Made by a program: the position numbers and the translations under genes. Positions 47,581-57,200 of a stretch of DNA of 64,000 nucleotides are shown here, piece by piece. This DNA comes from an uncultured Pelagibacteraceae bacterium (GTDB lineage: Bacteria > Pseudomonadota > Alphaproteobacteria > Pelagibacterales > Pelagibacteraceae): positions 25,462 through 89,461 of the forward strand of contig CABYNA010000003.1 in NCBI GenBank assembly GCA_902520215.1. Reading direction: 5' to 3'. The notes under the pieces are model-generated. The model ran no database searches. It worked only from the letters and a program-made list of their open reading frames with translations, and was not told the origin of the DNA. Positions within the stretch are counted from its first letter, which is position 1. Each line of letters opens with the position of its first letter.

Positions 47581-49919
47581 TAAGATCTAACTCTAGTTTT
47601 CTTAGGATCGAAGTGTGGGAAAGCAACTACTTTGGCAGAAATTCTTTTTTGATGACCATCAATTTTACCTACCTCTACCTCAGTGCCTATTTCAGAATAT
47701 TGATTATCAATTCTACATAAAGCTATATTTTTATTTAGAGTATTAGATAAACAACCACTTGTAATTACACCTACTTGCGATCTGCCAACATGTACACAAT
47801 CACCATGACCTGAGGGTTCTTTACCAATTAACTCAAGACCAACAAGTTTTTTTTGTGGATTTGCTTTTCTTTCTTTCAAAACACTTTTACCAATAAAATC
47901 TTCTTCCTTTGATTTGAGAGGGACTGCAAAACCAATTCCAGCTTCAAACGGATCCTGTTGACCATCAAATTCGTTCCCAAACAAAATTAAACCTGCTTCA
48001 ATTCTCAATTTATCTAAAGCAGCAAATCCAGCAGGTATTAAATTATCATTTTTGCCATACTCCATAAGCTTATCCCATACTTTTGGTGCATCTTTTGGAT
48101 GGCACCATATCTCATAACCAAGTTCACCAGTGTAACCAGTTCTAGAGACAATTAATGGTATTCCTTGAAGTTCTTCAACTCTGCAAATTGAAAACCTAAA
48201 CCATTCTAACTCATCGATTGCAGGCTGTGTTGGAGGCGCAAAAATCATTTTTTTTAAAATTTCTCTACTTTTCGGACCTTGAATGGAAACATTGCTAATT
48301 TGATCTGTTGAGTTTTTAATATTTACTTTAAACTTTTTCTTTTGAGCAACTTCTTTAAGCCACTCCCCTGCATACTCGTCTCCACAAATCCATCTAAATC
48401 CAGTTTCACTTAATCTAAATAAAGTGCCATCATCGAACATCATCCCGTTTTCATAGCACATTGCTGAATAAACAATTTGTCCAACAGCAAGTTTTTTAAT
48501 ATTTCTAGTTAAAGTATAATTCATTAATTCTTCAGCATCTGGACCTATAATTTCGAATTTTCTCAATGACGATAAATCGATTAAAACAGCATTCTCTCTG
48601 CACGCATTATATTCTTCTACCACACCATGTTTTGTGTAATCATTTGGAAGCCAAAAACCTCTAGCATCAATAAAATTTCTAGTTAATTTTGATGTTTTTT
48701 CATAAAACCCAGAATTTCTAGTAAGTTTTTTTTCAGAGTCTGTTTTCATCCTAAAAGCAAATGATTTTGAAAATTCTTTTTTTTTGTCATAGGTTCTAAC
48801 AAAAATATCTGTGGGATTCCATGAATTACATGCATCAATATCACTTGGACATGCTGTCGTTCCAATAGTTAAATCTTTTAATGCTCTAAACATTACATAA
48901 TCTCCAGGTCTTGCAAATGACTCATCAGAAATGACAGAATTTAAACCAGTTGCCGAGGTGTTAAAAAATAAATTAATTGCTTGCCAACCTTTTTGTTTTT
49001 CAACTCCATATTCGGCCATGGCATTATTTAGATTATCTGAACAATTTGGATGACCAAAATAACCTGCATCCTCATAATATTTTGATGTGCAAGCTAAATT
49101 AAATGTATCATGTTTACCAACTGTATCTCTAATCACCTCAACTAAAGGCTCATGATCTGTGTCATAAAATTTTGAGAACAATCCTGGCCCAGGAAAAGTA
49201 TTACCCATGAAAGTTCGTGTGGTCTGCCAATCAAGTCCTTTTTCAATTTTTTTTTCAAGTTTTCTTGTATCAAATGCAATAAAGTCAGAGCATTGTCTAC
49301 CTGCTGGACTAATAATTTGAATGTAATCACCTTCTTTAACTTGAAAAGAAATAGCAGTTTGTCTATCAATATTTTTTTCGAAATGTGGCTCAAACACGGG
49401 GTCAGGAATTATTGATAATTCTTTATCATTTGTAATTTTAGCTCTTTTTATAAATAATATTAAATCACCAGATGGATTTTGTTCACTTACCAACATGTCA
49501 TTTTGTGGTGCAGAGAAAATAACATAACACTTATCTTTAGATTTTAATTTAATTTTTTCACCACTAGGTGTTTTTTCATCAAATAAAATTGAAGAATGCG
49601 ATTTATTTAAATCTAGATTTCTTTTTTTTAATTGAAAATTTGTAGCTAGAGAACTTTCATCCTTCTTTTTTAAAATCTCTTTAATAAAACTTTTGTTGCT
49701 ATTTTTTTTCAAATTCAAAATTGCGAGTTCAGATTTTCCATCTTTGTCGAAACAAATTATTTCACAAATCTGATTTCCCTCATCATTAATGATTTCTATT
49801 TCGTCATCTGGAAAAATTTGTAAACCAGTTAGCCCACCAGCGTTTACAACATGTCTTTCAACTCCAGGTGGTAGTATATTTAGACCAGGTTCTTTTATAT
49901 CTAATGTAGTCAGCGACAT
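47580..49919 (-). CDS. tdm: Trimethylamine N-oxide demethylase (DUF1989 + GcvT domains)
   Basis: GRQCSDF, HDTFNLAC, HPNCSDNL, ACPSDIDACNSWNPT, then GcvT DLSSLRK and SRTGYTGELGYE; divergent from tmoX. Confidence 0.9.
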   Translation of the reverse strand: MSLTTLDIKEPGLNILPPGVERHVVNAGGLTGLQIFPDDEIEIINDEGNQICEIICFDKDGKSELAILNLKKNSNKSFIKEILKKKDESSLATNFQLKKRNLDLNKSHSSILFDEKTPSGEKIKLKSKDKCYVIFSAPQNDMLVSEQNPSGDLILFIKRAKITNDKELSIIPDPVFEPHFEKNIDRQTAISFQVKEGDYIQIISPAGRQCSDFIAFDTRKLEKKIEKGLDWQTTRTFMGNTFPGPGLFSKFYDTDHEPLVEVIRDTVGKHDTFNLACTSKYYEDAGYFGHPNCSDNLNNAMAEYGVEKQKGWQAINLFFNTSATGLNSVISDESFARPGDYVMFRALKDLTIGTTACPSDIDACNSWNPTDIFVRTYDKKKEFSKSFAFRMKTDSEKKLTRNSGFYEKTSKLTRNFIDARGFWLPNDYTKHGVVEEYNACRENAVLIDLSSLRKFEIIGPDAEELMNYTLTRNIKKLAVGQIVYSAMCYENGMMFDDGTLFRLSETGFRWICGDEYAGEWLKEVAQKKKFKVNIKNSTDQISNVSIQGPKSREILKKMIFAPPTQPAIDELEWFRFSICRVEELQGIPLIVSRTGYTGELGYEIWCHPKDAPKVWDKLMEYGKNDNLIPAGFAALDKLRIEAGLILFGNEFDGQQDPFEAGIGFAVPLKSKEEDFIGKSVLKERKANPQKKLVGLELIGKEPSGHGDCVHVGRSQVGVITSGCLSNTLNKNIALCRIDNQYSEIGTEVEVGKIDGHQKRISAKVVAFPHFDPKKTRVRS

Positions 49920-49958
49920 TTTTTATATCTATTATTATATTATATAAATATCTATTAG

Positions 49959-49987
49959 TTGACTATCATTTTACTTAGGCACATACT
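49959..49987 (+). promoter_or_regulatory. Sigma70-type promoter for tmoX
   Basis: TTGACT (49959-64), 17-nt spacer, CATACT (49982-87); SD AAGGGG before ATG 50019. Confidence 0.55.
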
Positions 49988-50018
49988 ATTCAGACTTAAT
50001 ATTAAGAAAGGGGAATAA

Positions 50019-50963
50019 ATGCGAAAAATAATATCATTTATATCTGCAATAATAATCTCAGCGGTAAGTTTCGCTGGTATAGCAAATGCAGATAGTAAAA
50101 AACCCATCGTTATTCCGACACATAACTGGTCAAGTCAAATTGTAATGGCCTATGTTATTGGTGGAATGTTCGAAAGTATGGGTAACAACGTAAAATACGT
50201 TAATGCTGACTCTCAAGCAGTATACGAGTCTATTAGAATTGGTGATGTAACTATATCTCACGAGGTATGGGAATCCGCTTTTGGTAAATCATTCACAACT
50301 GCTTTAGATAAAGGTGGTTTGTTAGATTGGGGAGATCATGAGGCAAGAACTCTAGAGGATATGGGTTATCCTAATTGGGTTGCTGAAAAAGGATTATGTC
50401 CTGGTTTACCAGATTGGACAGCATTAAAAAATCCAGATTGTGCAAAAAACTTTACAACACCTGACTCTCCAAATGGAAAAGGAAGAATGTTGGAAGGTCC
50501 ACAAACATGGCATGGTGATTTAATTCCACAAAGAGTTGACGCTTTAGGTTTAGGTGATCTTTGGTGGGTTAAATTTGCTGGAAGTGCAGATGCTTTATGG
50601 GCAGAGTTAGCTGCAGCTGAAAAAGAAGGAAGAGGAACAATCATCTTTAACTGGACACCAAACTTTACTGATGGTGCTGGTTTTACATTTATCGACTTTC
50701 CTCCATACACAGCTGGTTGTAGACCAGAGGATGGTGGAGATGGAAAATGTGGTTCGCCAGATGGTTATTTGAAAAAAGCAGTTAATGCTGACTTTCCAAA
50801 AACTCATCCAAAAGCAGCAGCGGCATTTAAAAAACTTTCGTTCTCAACAAGTCAAATTGGTGCAATGGCAGCTTTAGTTGATGTTGACAAAATGACTCAT
50901 GAGGATGCAGCTAAAAAATGGTTAGCAGACAACAAGAAAGTTTGGCAAGCTTTTACTAAATAA
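50019..50963 (+). CDS. tmoX: TMAO ABC substrate-binding protein
   Basis: Signal peptide; PIVIPTHNWSSQIVM, HEVWESAFG, CPGLPDW, FNWTPNF; context with tdm and tmm. Confidence 0.88.
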   Translation: MRKIISFISAIIISAVSFAGIANADSKKPIVIPTHNWSSQIVMAYVIGGMFESMGNNVKYVNADSQAVYESIRIGDVTISHEVWESAFGKSFTTALDKGGLLDWGDHEARTLEDMGYPNWVAEKGLCPGLPDWTALKNPDCAKNFTTPDSPNGKGRMLEGPQTWHGDLIPQRVDALGLGDLWWVKFAGSADALWAELAAAEKEGRGTIIFNWTPNFTDGAGFTFIDFPPYTAGCRPEDGGDGKCGSPDGYLKKAVNADFPKTHPKAAAAFKKLSFSTSQIGAMAALVDVDKMTHEDAAKKWLADNKKVWQAFTK

Positions 50964-50985
50964 GGTTAAGAGCTATTAAATCTTT

Positions 50986-51022
50986 AAATCTCTCCCAACA
51001 ATGTTGGGGGAGATTTTTTTTT
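50986..51022 (+). terminator. Hairpin/terminator after tmoX
   Basis: AAATCTCTCCCAAC..GTTGGGGGAGATTT stem (one G-U pair) with long T tail. Confidence 0.85.
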
Positions 51023-51033
51023 AGATAAAATTT

Positions 51034-51495
51034 ATGAATAAAATATTAATTTTTATATTTGTTAATTTCTTTTTTTTTAATGGAGTTCTAGCAAAAGATA
51101 TAAATATTAATGAAGACATTAACCTTGAGTTCAGGTGTTCACTAGAAAAAAAAATCATTAAAAATTCTGAATATAATTATCAAACTTTTCTGGCAAAAGA
51201 TTTAAAAGAAAAAGATTTAGACAAATTTAAAATTCAATCAAAAAAACCACAAACTCTTTTAATAACAGGATTAACATTATTTCTTTCTGAGTCTGCATCA
51301 TTAAATGTAAAAGTTGTAAATAAAGATGTGGTTTTATTTAAATCTATCGATAAAGAAAAAAATTATTCTGAGTCAGGTATTATTACTAGGAAAACAGGGG
51401 AATTAATTCACGAAATTACCAAAAATATAAAAAGTGAAAATTCTGAAAAATATATTTCTATTTATTCTTGCACTGAAAATGACAAAAAAGTCTAA
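51034..51495 (+). CDS. Exported hypothetical protein
   Basis: Signal peptide ending VLA; two Cys; C-terminal ITRKTGEL..YSC. Confidence 0.7.
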   Translation: MNKILIFIFVNFFFFNGVLAKDININEDINLEFRCSLEKKIIKNSEYNYQTFLAKDLKEKDLDKFKIQSKKPQTLLITGLTLFLSESASLNVKVVNKDVVLFKSIDKEKNYSESGIITRKTGELIHEITKNIKSENSEKYISIYSCTENDKKV

Positions 51496-51529
51496 TTCTT
51501 TTTTAATTGTTTTTGTGTAAACTATACTA

Positions 51530-51907
51530 ATGAAAAAATTTTTTCTCACCATAATTTTAAGTTTCTTAATTTCATCGGTTGCTTTAGCTAGAAGCACCGG
51601 ATGTAAGGAGGGTAATTGTGAAAATGGTTTTGGTAAGTGGGTTTACACTGACAAAACAACTTACGAAGGAGAGTGGGTAGGTACAAAAAAAAATGGTCAA
51701 GGTGTTGAGACTTGGCCCAATGGATATATTTACAAAGGTGAATTCAAGAATAGTGAATGGAGTGGAATTGGTATTTTGACTTTTCCCGATGGATCAACCT
51801 ATGAAGGTGAATGGGCTAAAGGATTTATGAATGGTAAAGGAACTTTTACTTGGGCTGATGGATCAGTGAAATCTGGAATTTGGAAAAATGGTAAATTACA
51901 AGATTAA
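51530..51907 (+). CDS. Exported MORN-repeat protein
   Basis: Signal peptide, GCKEGNCENG cap, repeats YEGEW..GQG, YKGEF..GIG, YEGEW..GKG. Confidence 0.88.
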   Translation: MKKFFLTIILSFLISSVALARSTGCKEGNCENGFGKWVYTDKTTYEGEWVGTKKNGQGVETWPNGYIYKGEFKNSEWSGIGILTFPDGSTYEGEWAKGFMNGKGTFTWADGSVKSGIWKNGKLQD

Positions 51908-52459
51908 ATGTCAAAAGAAAGTAACCTAGATAAGATTAAAAATTTACCTGAATTTACTAAACAATTTGGTGGGTTAGTAATTATTATCCTAATAGTCATA
52001 TCATCTTTTTTCGTTTTAAATATTATGTTTGGTGGAGGTGATGAATTGGTTAGAAAAATGAAACTTGAGGAGGAAAGAATTGCTCAAGAGAAAAAACTAA
52101 GTGAGCTTATTTCAAAACTTCCCTCTGGCATATTAGTCACATTTGATGGTACTGATCATTTTAAACTAAGTGATGAAGTATATGAACAAGTTTGTAAGGC
52201 AACAAAGTTGATCCCACAACGTGCGATAATGGGTGCAAATTTTTTAAATTTTAGAGCTCATGAAATTTATACAATTAACGGAAATAAAATTGATGAGACG
52301 TTTGTAAAATGGGATGACACAAAAAATAAGTGTTTTGCAGGTTTTACGGTAAGTGGAAACAATGTAGGAGTAAATGAGTCGATAACTGTTAGTGGTGAAG
52401 CCCTAAGTTTCTTAAGTACTGGAATTGATACAAGAGTTTATTTTATTAAAAATTTTTAA
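51908..52459 (+). CDS. Membrane-anchored hypothetical protein
   Basis: N-terminal TM, short coiled coil, probable periplasmic domain with two Cys. Confidence 0.75.
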   Translation: MSKESNLDKIKNLPEFTKQFGGLVIIILIVISSFFVLNIMFGGGDELVRKMKLEEERIAQEKKLSELISKLPSGILVTFDGTDHFKLSDEVYEQVCKATKLIPQRAIMGANFLNFRAHEIYTINGNKIDETFVKWDDTKNKCFAGFTVSGNNVGVNESITVSGEALSFLSTGIDTRVYFIKNF

Positions 52460-52524
52460 GGGGAAATGGTTACAATATTATGGATTTAATTTTACCTTAT
52501 TTTCATATAACTTAATTAAGATTT

Positions 52525-53553
52525 ATGGCTGAGACAGTAATCAAATGTGAAAATGTCTACAAAATTTTTGGATCAAATGCCAAAAAAATGCTTCAAGAGT
52601 CAAATGGAAATGTTGATGCCAAAACTTTTCAAAAAAATGGATGTATCGTAGGTGTAAACAATGCATCATTTGAAGTCTCAAAAGGTGAGATGTTAGTTGT
52701 GATGGGTTTATCTGGTTCAGGTAAATCAACATTATTAAGATGTATATCTAGATTAACAGATGCAACAGGTGGTAAAATTTTCATTGAAGGACAAGATCTA
52801 TTACAACTAAACAACAAAGAGCTTATTGAGCTTAGAAGAAATAAAATGGGTATGGTTTTCCAAAGTTTTGCTTTACTCCCTCATAAAACAGTTGTGGAAA
52901 ACATTGCTTTCCCACTTCAGATTAAAGGTATTAAAACTGAGGACAGCATTAGTAAGGCAATGAATATGGTCAAACTAGTTGGACTTGATGGAAGAGAAAA
53001 CTATTTTCCAAGAGAATTATCTGGAGGACAGCAACAACGAGTTGGAATCGCTAGATCTCTAGCAGTCGAACCAGATATTTGGTTTTTAGATGAACCATTT
53101 TCAGCTTTAGATCCTTTAATCAGAAAAGAAATGCAAGATGAATTTTTGAGACTTCAAGAAAAATTACAAAAAACAATTATGTTTATAACTCATGATTTTG
53201 ATGAAGCATTAAAACTTGCTGATCGTATTGCAATTATGAAAGATGGTATAATTGAGCAATTAGATACTCCCGCTAATATTGTTTTAAATCCAGCCACAGA
53301 GTACGTACGTAAGTTTACAGAAGAGGTCCCAAGAGAAAAAGTTTTATTAATTGAAGATGTAATGGATGCATCTAAAAATGATTTAGGTGATTTAAAAGTC
53401 TCAAAGGATGAAATAATCGAAAATGTTGCAGAAAAAATTCTTACTCAAGAAAAAGCCGTAGCTGTGATCGATAGTAAAAATGAAATTGTGGGCTCTATAA
53501 ACCCAACTAAAATTATTAATACAGTTTTTGGAGGAAGAAAAAATAATAATTAA
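52525..53553 (+). CDS. tmoW: ProV/OpuAA-type ABC ATPase of the TMAO transporter
   Basis: VMGLSGSGKST, VFQSFALLPH, LSGGQQQRVG, DEPFSALDPLIR. Confidence 0.88.
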   Translation: MAETVIKCENVYKIFGSNAKKMLQESNGNVDAKTFQKNGCIVGVNNASFEVSKGEMLVVMGLSGSGKSTLLRCISRLTDATGGKIFIEGQDLLQLNNKELIELRRNKMGMVFQSFALLPHKTVVENIAFPLQIKGIKTEDSISKAMNMVKLVGLDGRENYFPRELSGGQQQRVGIARSLAVEPDIWFLDEPFSALDPLIRKEMQDEFLRLQEKLQKTIMFITHDFDEALKLADRIAIMKDGIIEQLDTPANIVLNPATEYVRKFTEEVPREKVLLIEDVMDASKNDLGDLKVSKDEIIENVAEKILTQEKAVAVIDSKNEIVGSINPTKIINTVFGGRKNNN

Positions 53554-53555
53554 TT

Positions 53556-55709
53556 ATGGAATTTTTAAAGAAATACCCCAAAACATTTCAATGGTTATTT
53601 TTATTAATTGTATTTTTTGCTTTATGTTTTGCTATTGAAGTTCCAGAAACATATAAATTTATCCGTGGCCAAGCAGAATTTGTAAAAGATCCAAATCAGA
53701 GTAGTTATGTGTTTTTAGGGAAAGAGGTGAGATATTATGCCTTTGATGTGTTTTGGCGGTTACCTCCATTACTAGGCTGGCTACCTATTTGGATAAACGA
53801 CTCTTTATTTTTTTTAATGAATGAATGGATGCCAATTGAGGTTTGGAATGAAGATACACAAGAGTTTAAAAGTCGTCCTATAGTTTTACAAATAAGTAGA
53901 AATTTAACAGCGTTTATGACCTTCTTAATACAGCTAATAAGAGAGGTTTTATTAGGTGGTCTTGAAACTATAGTGGCATTTAGTAGTTGGGATTGGATCG
54001 ATAAAAATCCTTGGGCTGAACTTCCAGGATTACCATGGACTATTGTAGCAGCAGGTGCAGCAATCCTTTCATATAAAGTCAGCGGGAAAGGTCTAGCGTT
54101 GTTTGCTGGTTTGACGATGATTTATATTTCAATATTTGGTCAATGGAAACCATCTATGCAAACTCTTTCATTTATACTAGTCGCAGCACCCTTGTCATTT
54201 ATTTTTGGGTTAGGCTTAGGAATAGCAGCATTTAAAAGTAAACGTGTCGAGAAAGCTCTTTATCCAATATTATTAGTGATGCAGACTATGCCGCAATATG
54301 CGGTGTTGGTTCCTGCTTTAGTTCTTTTTGGAGTTGGTGATCATGCTGCAGTTATAATAACTATGGTTGTCGCTATACCACCAATGATATTACTAACCAT
54401 ATTAGGCTTAAGAGCAGTACCTCCAGAAGTTATTGAAGCTGGTAGAATGAGCGGATGTAATAATTGGCAATTAATGTTTAAAGTTTTAATTCCAACTGCA
54501 AGAAGAGACATTTTAATTGGTGTTAACCAAGTCATTATGGTGTGTTTTTCCATGGCAGTAATTTCAGCTTTTATTGGTGCAAAAGGTTTAGGATTTAATC
54601 TGCTATTGGCGCTAAATCAGTTAAATATAGGATTAGCACTAGAAGCAGGCTTGTGTATTAGCTTAATTGCGATTTTATTAGATAAAATGTCATTAGCTTG
54701 GGCTAATAAACAAACAGATTATTTTGGTAATCTGACATTCTTTCAAAGAAATAAAAATATCTTATTTTTTGCAGCAACAGTAATTGTTGGAATAGTACTG
54801 GCTTATATTGGAACCTTTTTATTTAAAGGTAGTTTTAATTATCTATTTGAAGTTCCACATAATAAAGGAATATCAACTGCTGATTTTTGGAATAAAGGGG
54901 TTGATTGGATTTTTGATACTTTTTTTGTTTATATTAAAGCATTTAATACTTGGCTCATTCAAGAGGTGCTTCAACCGATGAGGGCTTTATATTTGAGGAT
55001 GCCAGCTGTAGCAACTATAGTTTTAGTTGTTGGAGCGGGATATCTAATTGGTGGAATTCGTTCAGCTTTGGTTGTTTGTGGATTGACACTATTTATTGCC
55101 TTAAGTCCTTGGTGGGATAGGGCTTTAGTAACGACTTATATGGCAACATTTGGAGTAATTGTATCTTGTACTATTGGATTTATAGTTGGTACATTATGTT
55201 TTCAAAATAAACGCTCTGCTAATTTCATGTTAGGAGTATGTGATATTTTTCAAACATTCCCATCATTTGTTTATCTAATTCCAGTGATGATGTTATTTGG
55301 TATTACGGATACATCTGTTTTAATAGCTGTTATAGTTTATGCGACAATACCTGCTACTAGGTATACTATTGAGGGATTGAGAAGTGTTCCTGCTGGTTTA
55401 CACGACGCAGCAACCATGTCCGGTGTCAATAAATTTCAAAGATTAACAAAGATAGAATTTCCTTTAGCATTTCCTCACATGATGCTTGGTATAAATCAAA
55501 CAATTGTATTTGCTTTATTCATGGTAATTATTGGAGCTTTCATTGGCACTGAAGATTTAGGACAATATATATTAAAAGCACTATCAGATAAAAAAGGTGC
55601 TGGGATTGGGTTAACACTTGGTATTTGTGTAGCTTTTATAGCTCTTATATTTGATAATCTGATAAGATCTTGGGTTGAAAAAAGAAAAAAACACCTAGGT
55701 ATTGATTAA
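53556..55709 (+). CDS. tmoV: Fused double ProW-type permease of the TMAO transporter
   Basis: Two permease repeats (MQTMPQYAVLVP and FQTFPSFVYLIP; EAGRMSG and DAATMSG). Confidence 0.85.
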   Translation: MEFLKKYPKTFQWLFLLIVFFALCFAIEVPETYKFIRGQAEFVKDPNQSSYVFLGKEVRYYAFDVFWRLPPLLGWLPIWINDSLFFLMNEWMPIEVWNEDTQEFKSRPIVLQISRNLTAFMTFLIQLIREVLLGGLETIVAFSSWDWIDKNPWAELPGLPWTIVAAGAAILSYKVSGKGLALFAGLTMIYISIFGQWKPSMQTLSFILVAAPLSFIFGLGLGIAAFKSKRVEKALYPILLVMQTMPQYAVLVPALVLFGVGDHAAVIITMVVAIPPMILLTILGLRAVPPEVIEAGRMSGCNNWQLMFKVLIPTARRDILIGVNQVIMVCFSMAVISAFIGAKGLGFNLLLALNQLNIGLALEAGLCISLIAILLDKMSLAWANKQTDYFGNLTFFQRNKNILFFAATVIVGIVLAYIGTFLFKGSFNYLFEVPHNKGISTADFWNKGVDWIFDTFFVYIKAFNTWLIQEVLQPMRALYLRMPAVATIVLVVGAGYLIGGIRSALVVCGLTLFIALSPWWDRALVTTYMATFGVIVSCTIGFIVGTLCFQNKRSANFMLGVCDIFQTFPSFVYLIPVMMLFGITDTSVLIAVIVYATIPATRYTIEGLRSVPAGLHDAATMSGVNKFQRLTKIEFPLAFPHMMLGINQTIVFALFMVIIGAFIGTEDLGQYILKALSDKKGAGIGLTLGICVAFIALIFDNLIRSWVEKRKKHLGID

Positions 55710-55716
55710 AACTTAA

Positions 55717-57048
55717 TTATTTATTCAAAAAAGTTTTTAAAGTATCATCCATTGCTTTTGCCCAAGGCGTGTGGTGAACTGGTGCAACAGATCCTGTTAC
55801 CGGGGATGAGAAAGATTTATCTCTATAAGTTGATATGTCTTCAACTTTATGATGTTCCCATTCTTTAAAATGTTTTCTTATTAATTCAAAATCAATTTTA
55901 GGATAATCAGACATTTCATGTAACTCCTTGGTATACTCTGTTTGAAAATCAATCATTTGATCAGGATTTTCAAGTTTTTCTTCCATTGCAACCCATTTGT
56001 TTATGTCATTTTCAATTTCTTTACTATCAGGCATTTTTATTTTACCCATAACTACATCACGAGCATACCAAGCTTGGCAATCGAACATATTAAATGTATG
56101 AAATTGATCCTGCATGCCAAGATACATTAGTTTATGATTATCTTGCCAGACTACACCTTTGTATAATTTAGGTGGATAAAGTCTATTTCTTGTCTTCAAT
56201 TGTAAGTTTTCCTCTAAAAATGGAAAATGGTGCAAGTATCCTGTACATAAAATTATAACGTCAGTTTCTTGTTCAGTGCCATCTTTAAAGATAGCTCTCT
56301 TACCATCTAGTCTATCTAGGTAATGGACTTCTTTCATGCCTTTAGGCCATTTGAATCCCATTGGGTTATGTCTATATCCAATAGTTACACTTTTTGCTCC
56401 GTATTTATTACATTGAAGCGCAATATCTTCAGCTGAATAACTACTGCCTAATACTACAATATTTTTACCTCTAAACTCTTCTGCGTCTCTAAAGTCGTGG
56501 GAGTGCATAATTCTTCCTGGGAATGATTTCATTCCATCATATTCAGGAACAAATGGAACAGAAAAATGACCAGTTGAGACAATTACAAAATCGAAATTTT
56601 CTTTTAAAATTTTATCATTTACTTTGTCCTGATAGCTAATTTCAAATTTTTCATTTTTAAAGATTGTATTGATGACCCTTGTATTAAATTTAACTTTATT
56701 TTTTAAATTTCCACTTTTAGCTCTTCCAACTATATAGTCGTATAGTACCTCCCTTGGAGGAAATGACGGAATTGCTTTGCCAAAATGTTTATCAAAAGAA
56801 TAGTCAGCAAACTCTAAACATTCCTTGGGTCCATTAGACCAAAGATATCTATACATACTATTAGGAACTGGATCTCCATACTGATCAGAACCTGTTCGCC
56901 AACTATAATTCCAGAGACCACCCCAATCTTCTTGTTTTTCAAAACAAATCACTTCAGGAATTTTTTCACCTTTTTTTTCTGCTTGCTCAAATGCTCTTAA
57001 CATTGATAAGCCACATGGACCTGCACCGATAATAGCCACTTTACTCAT
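55717..57048 (-). CDS. tmm: Trimethylamine monooxygenase (flavin-containing monooxygenase)
   Basis: GAGPCG, WGGLWNYSWRTG, SMYRYLWSNGPKECLEF, FMO motif FPGRIMHSHDF, GSSYSAED. Confidence 0.93.
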   Translation of the reverse strand: MSKVAIIGAGPCGLSMLRAFEQAEKKGEKIPEVICFEKQEDWGGLWNYSWRTGSDQYGDPVPNSMYRYLWSNGPKECLEFADYSFDKHFGKAIPSFPPREVLYDYIVGRAKSGNLKNKVKFNTRVINTIFKNEKFEISYQDKVNDKILKENFDFVIVSTGHFSVPFVPEYDGMKSFPGRIMHSHDFRDAEEFRGKNIVVLGSSYSAEDIALQCNKYGAKSVTIGYRHNPMGFKWPKGMKEVHYLDRLDGKRAIFKDGTEQETDVIILCTGYLHHFPFLEENLQLKTRNRLYPPKLYKGVVWQDNHKLMYLGMQDQFHTFNMFDCQAWYARDVVMGKIKMPDSKEIENDINKWVAMEEKLENPDQMIDFQTEYTKELHEMSDYPKIDFELIRKHFKEWEHHKVEDISTYRDKSFSSPVTGSVAPVHHTPWAKAMDDTLKTFLNK

Positions 57049-57200
57049 AAGATTTAATAAAAATTAAGTTTATTTTACTAACAAAATATTAAAATTTAAA
57101 ATAAAATAATGACTTAATATGAAAATTGACATAGAAAATTTTCACGTATGTGTTGCATTTTAAATTTTAGTTTAATTAATATTTTTGAATTTAAATCAAT

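Noticed and set aside
51590-51900. Periodic sequence as a DNA repeat or CRISPR
   Set aside because: Protein-level MORN repeats; no identical repeats with spacers and no cas genes
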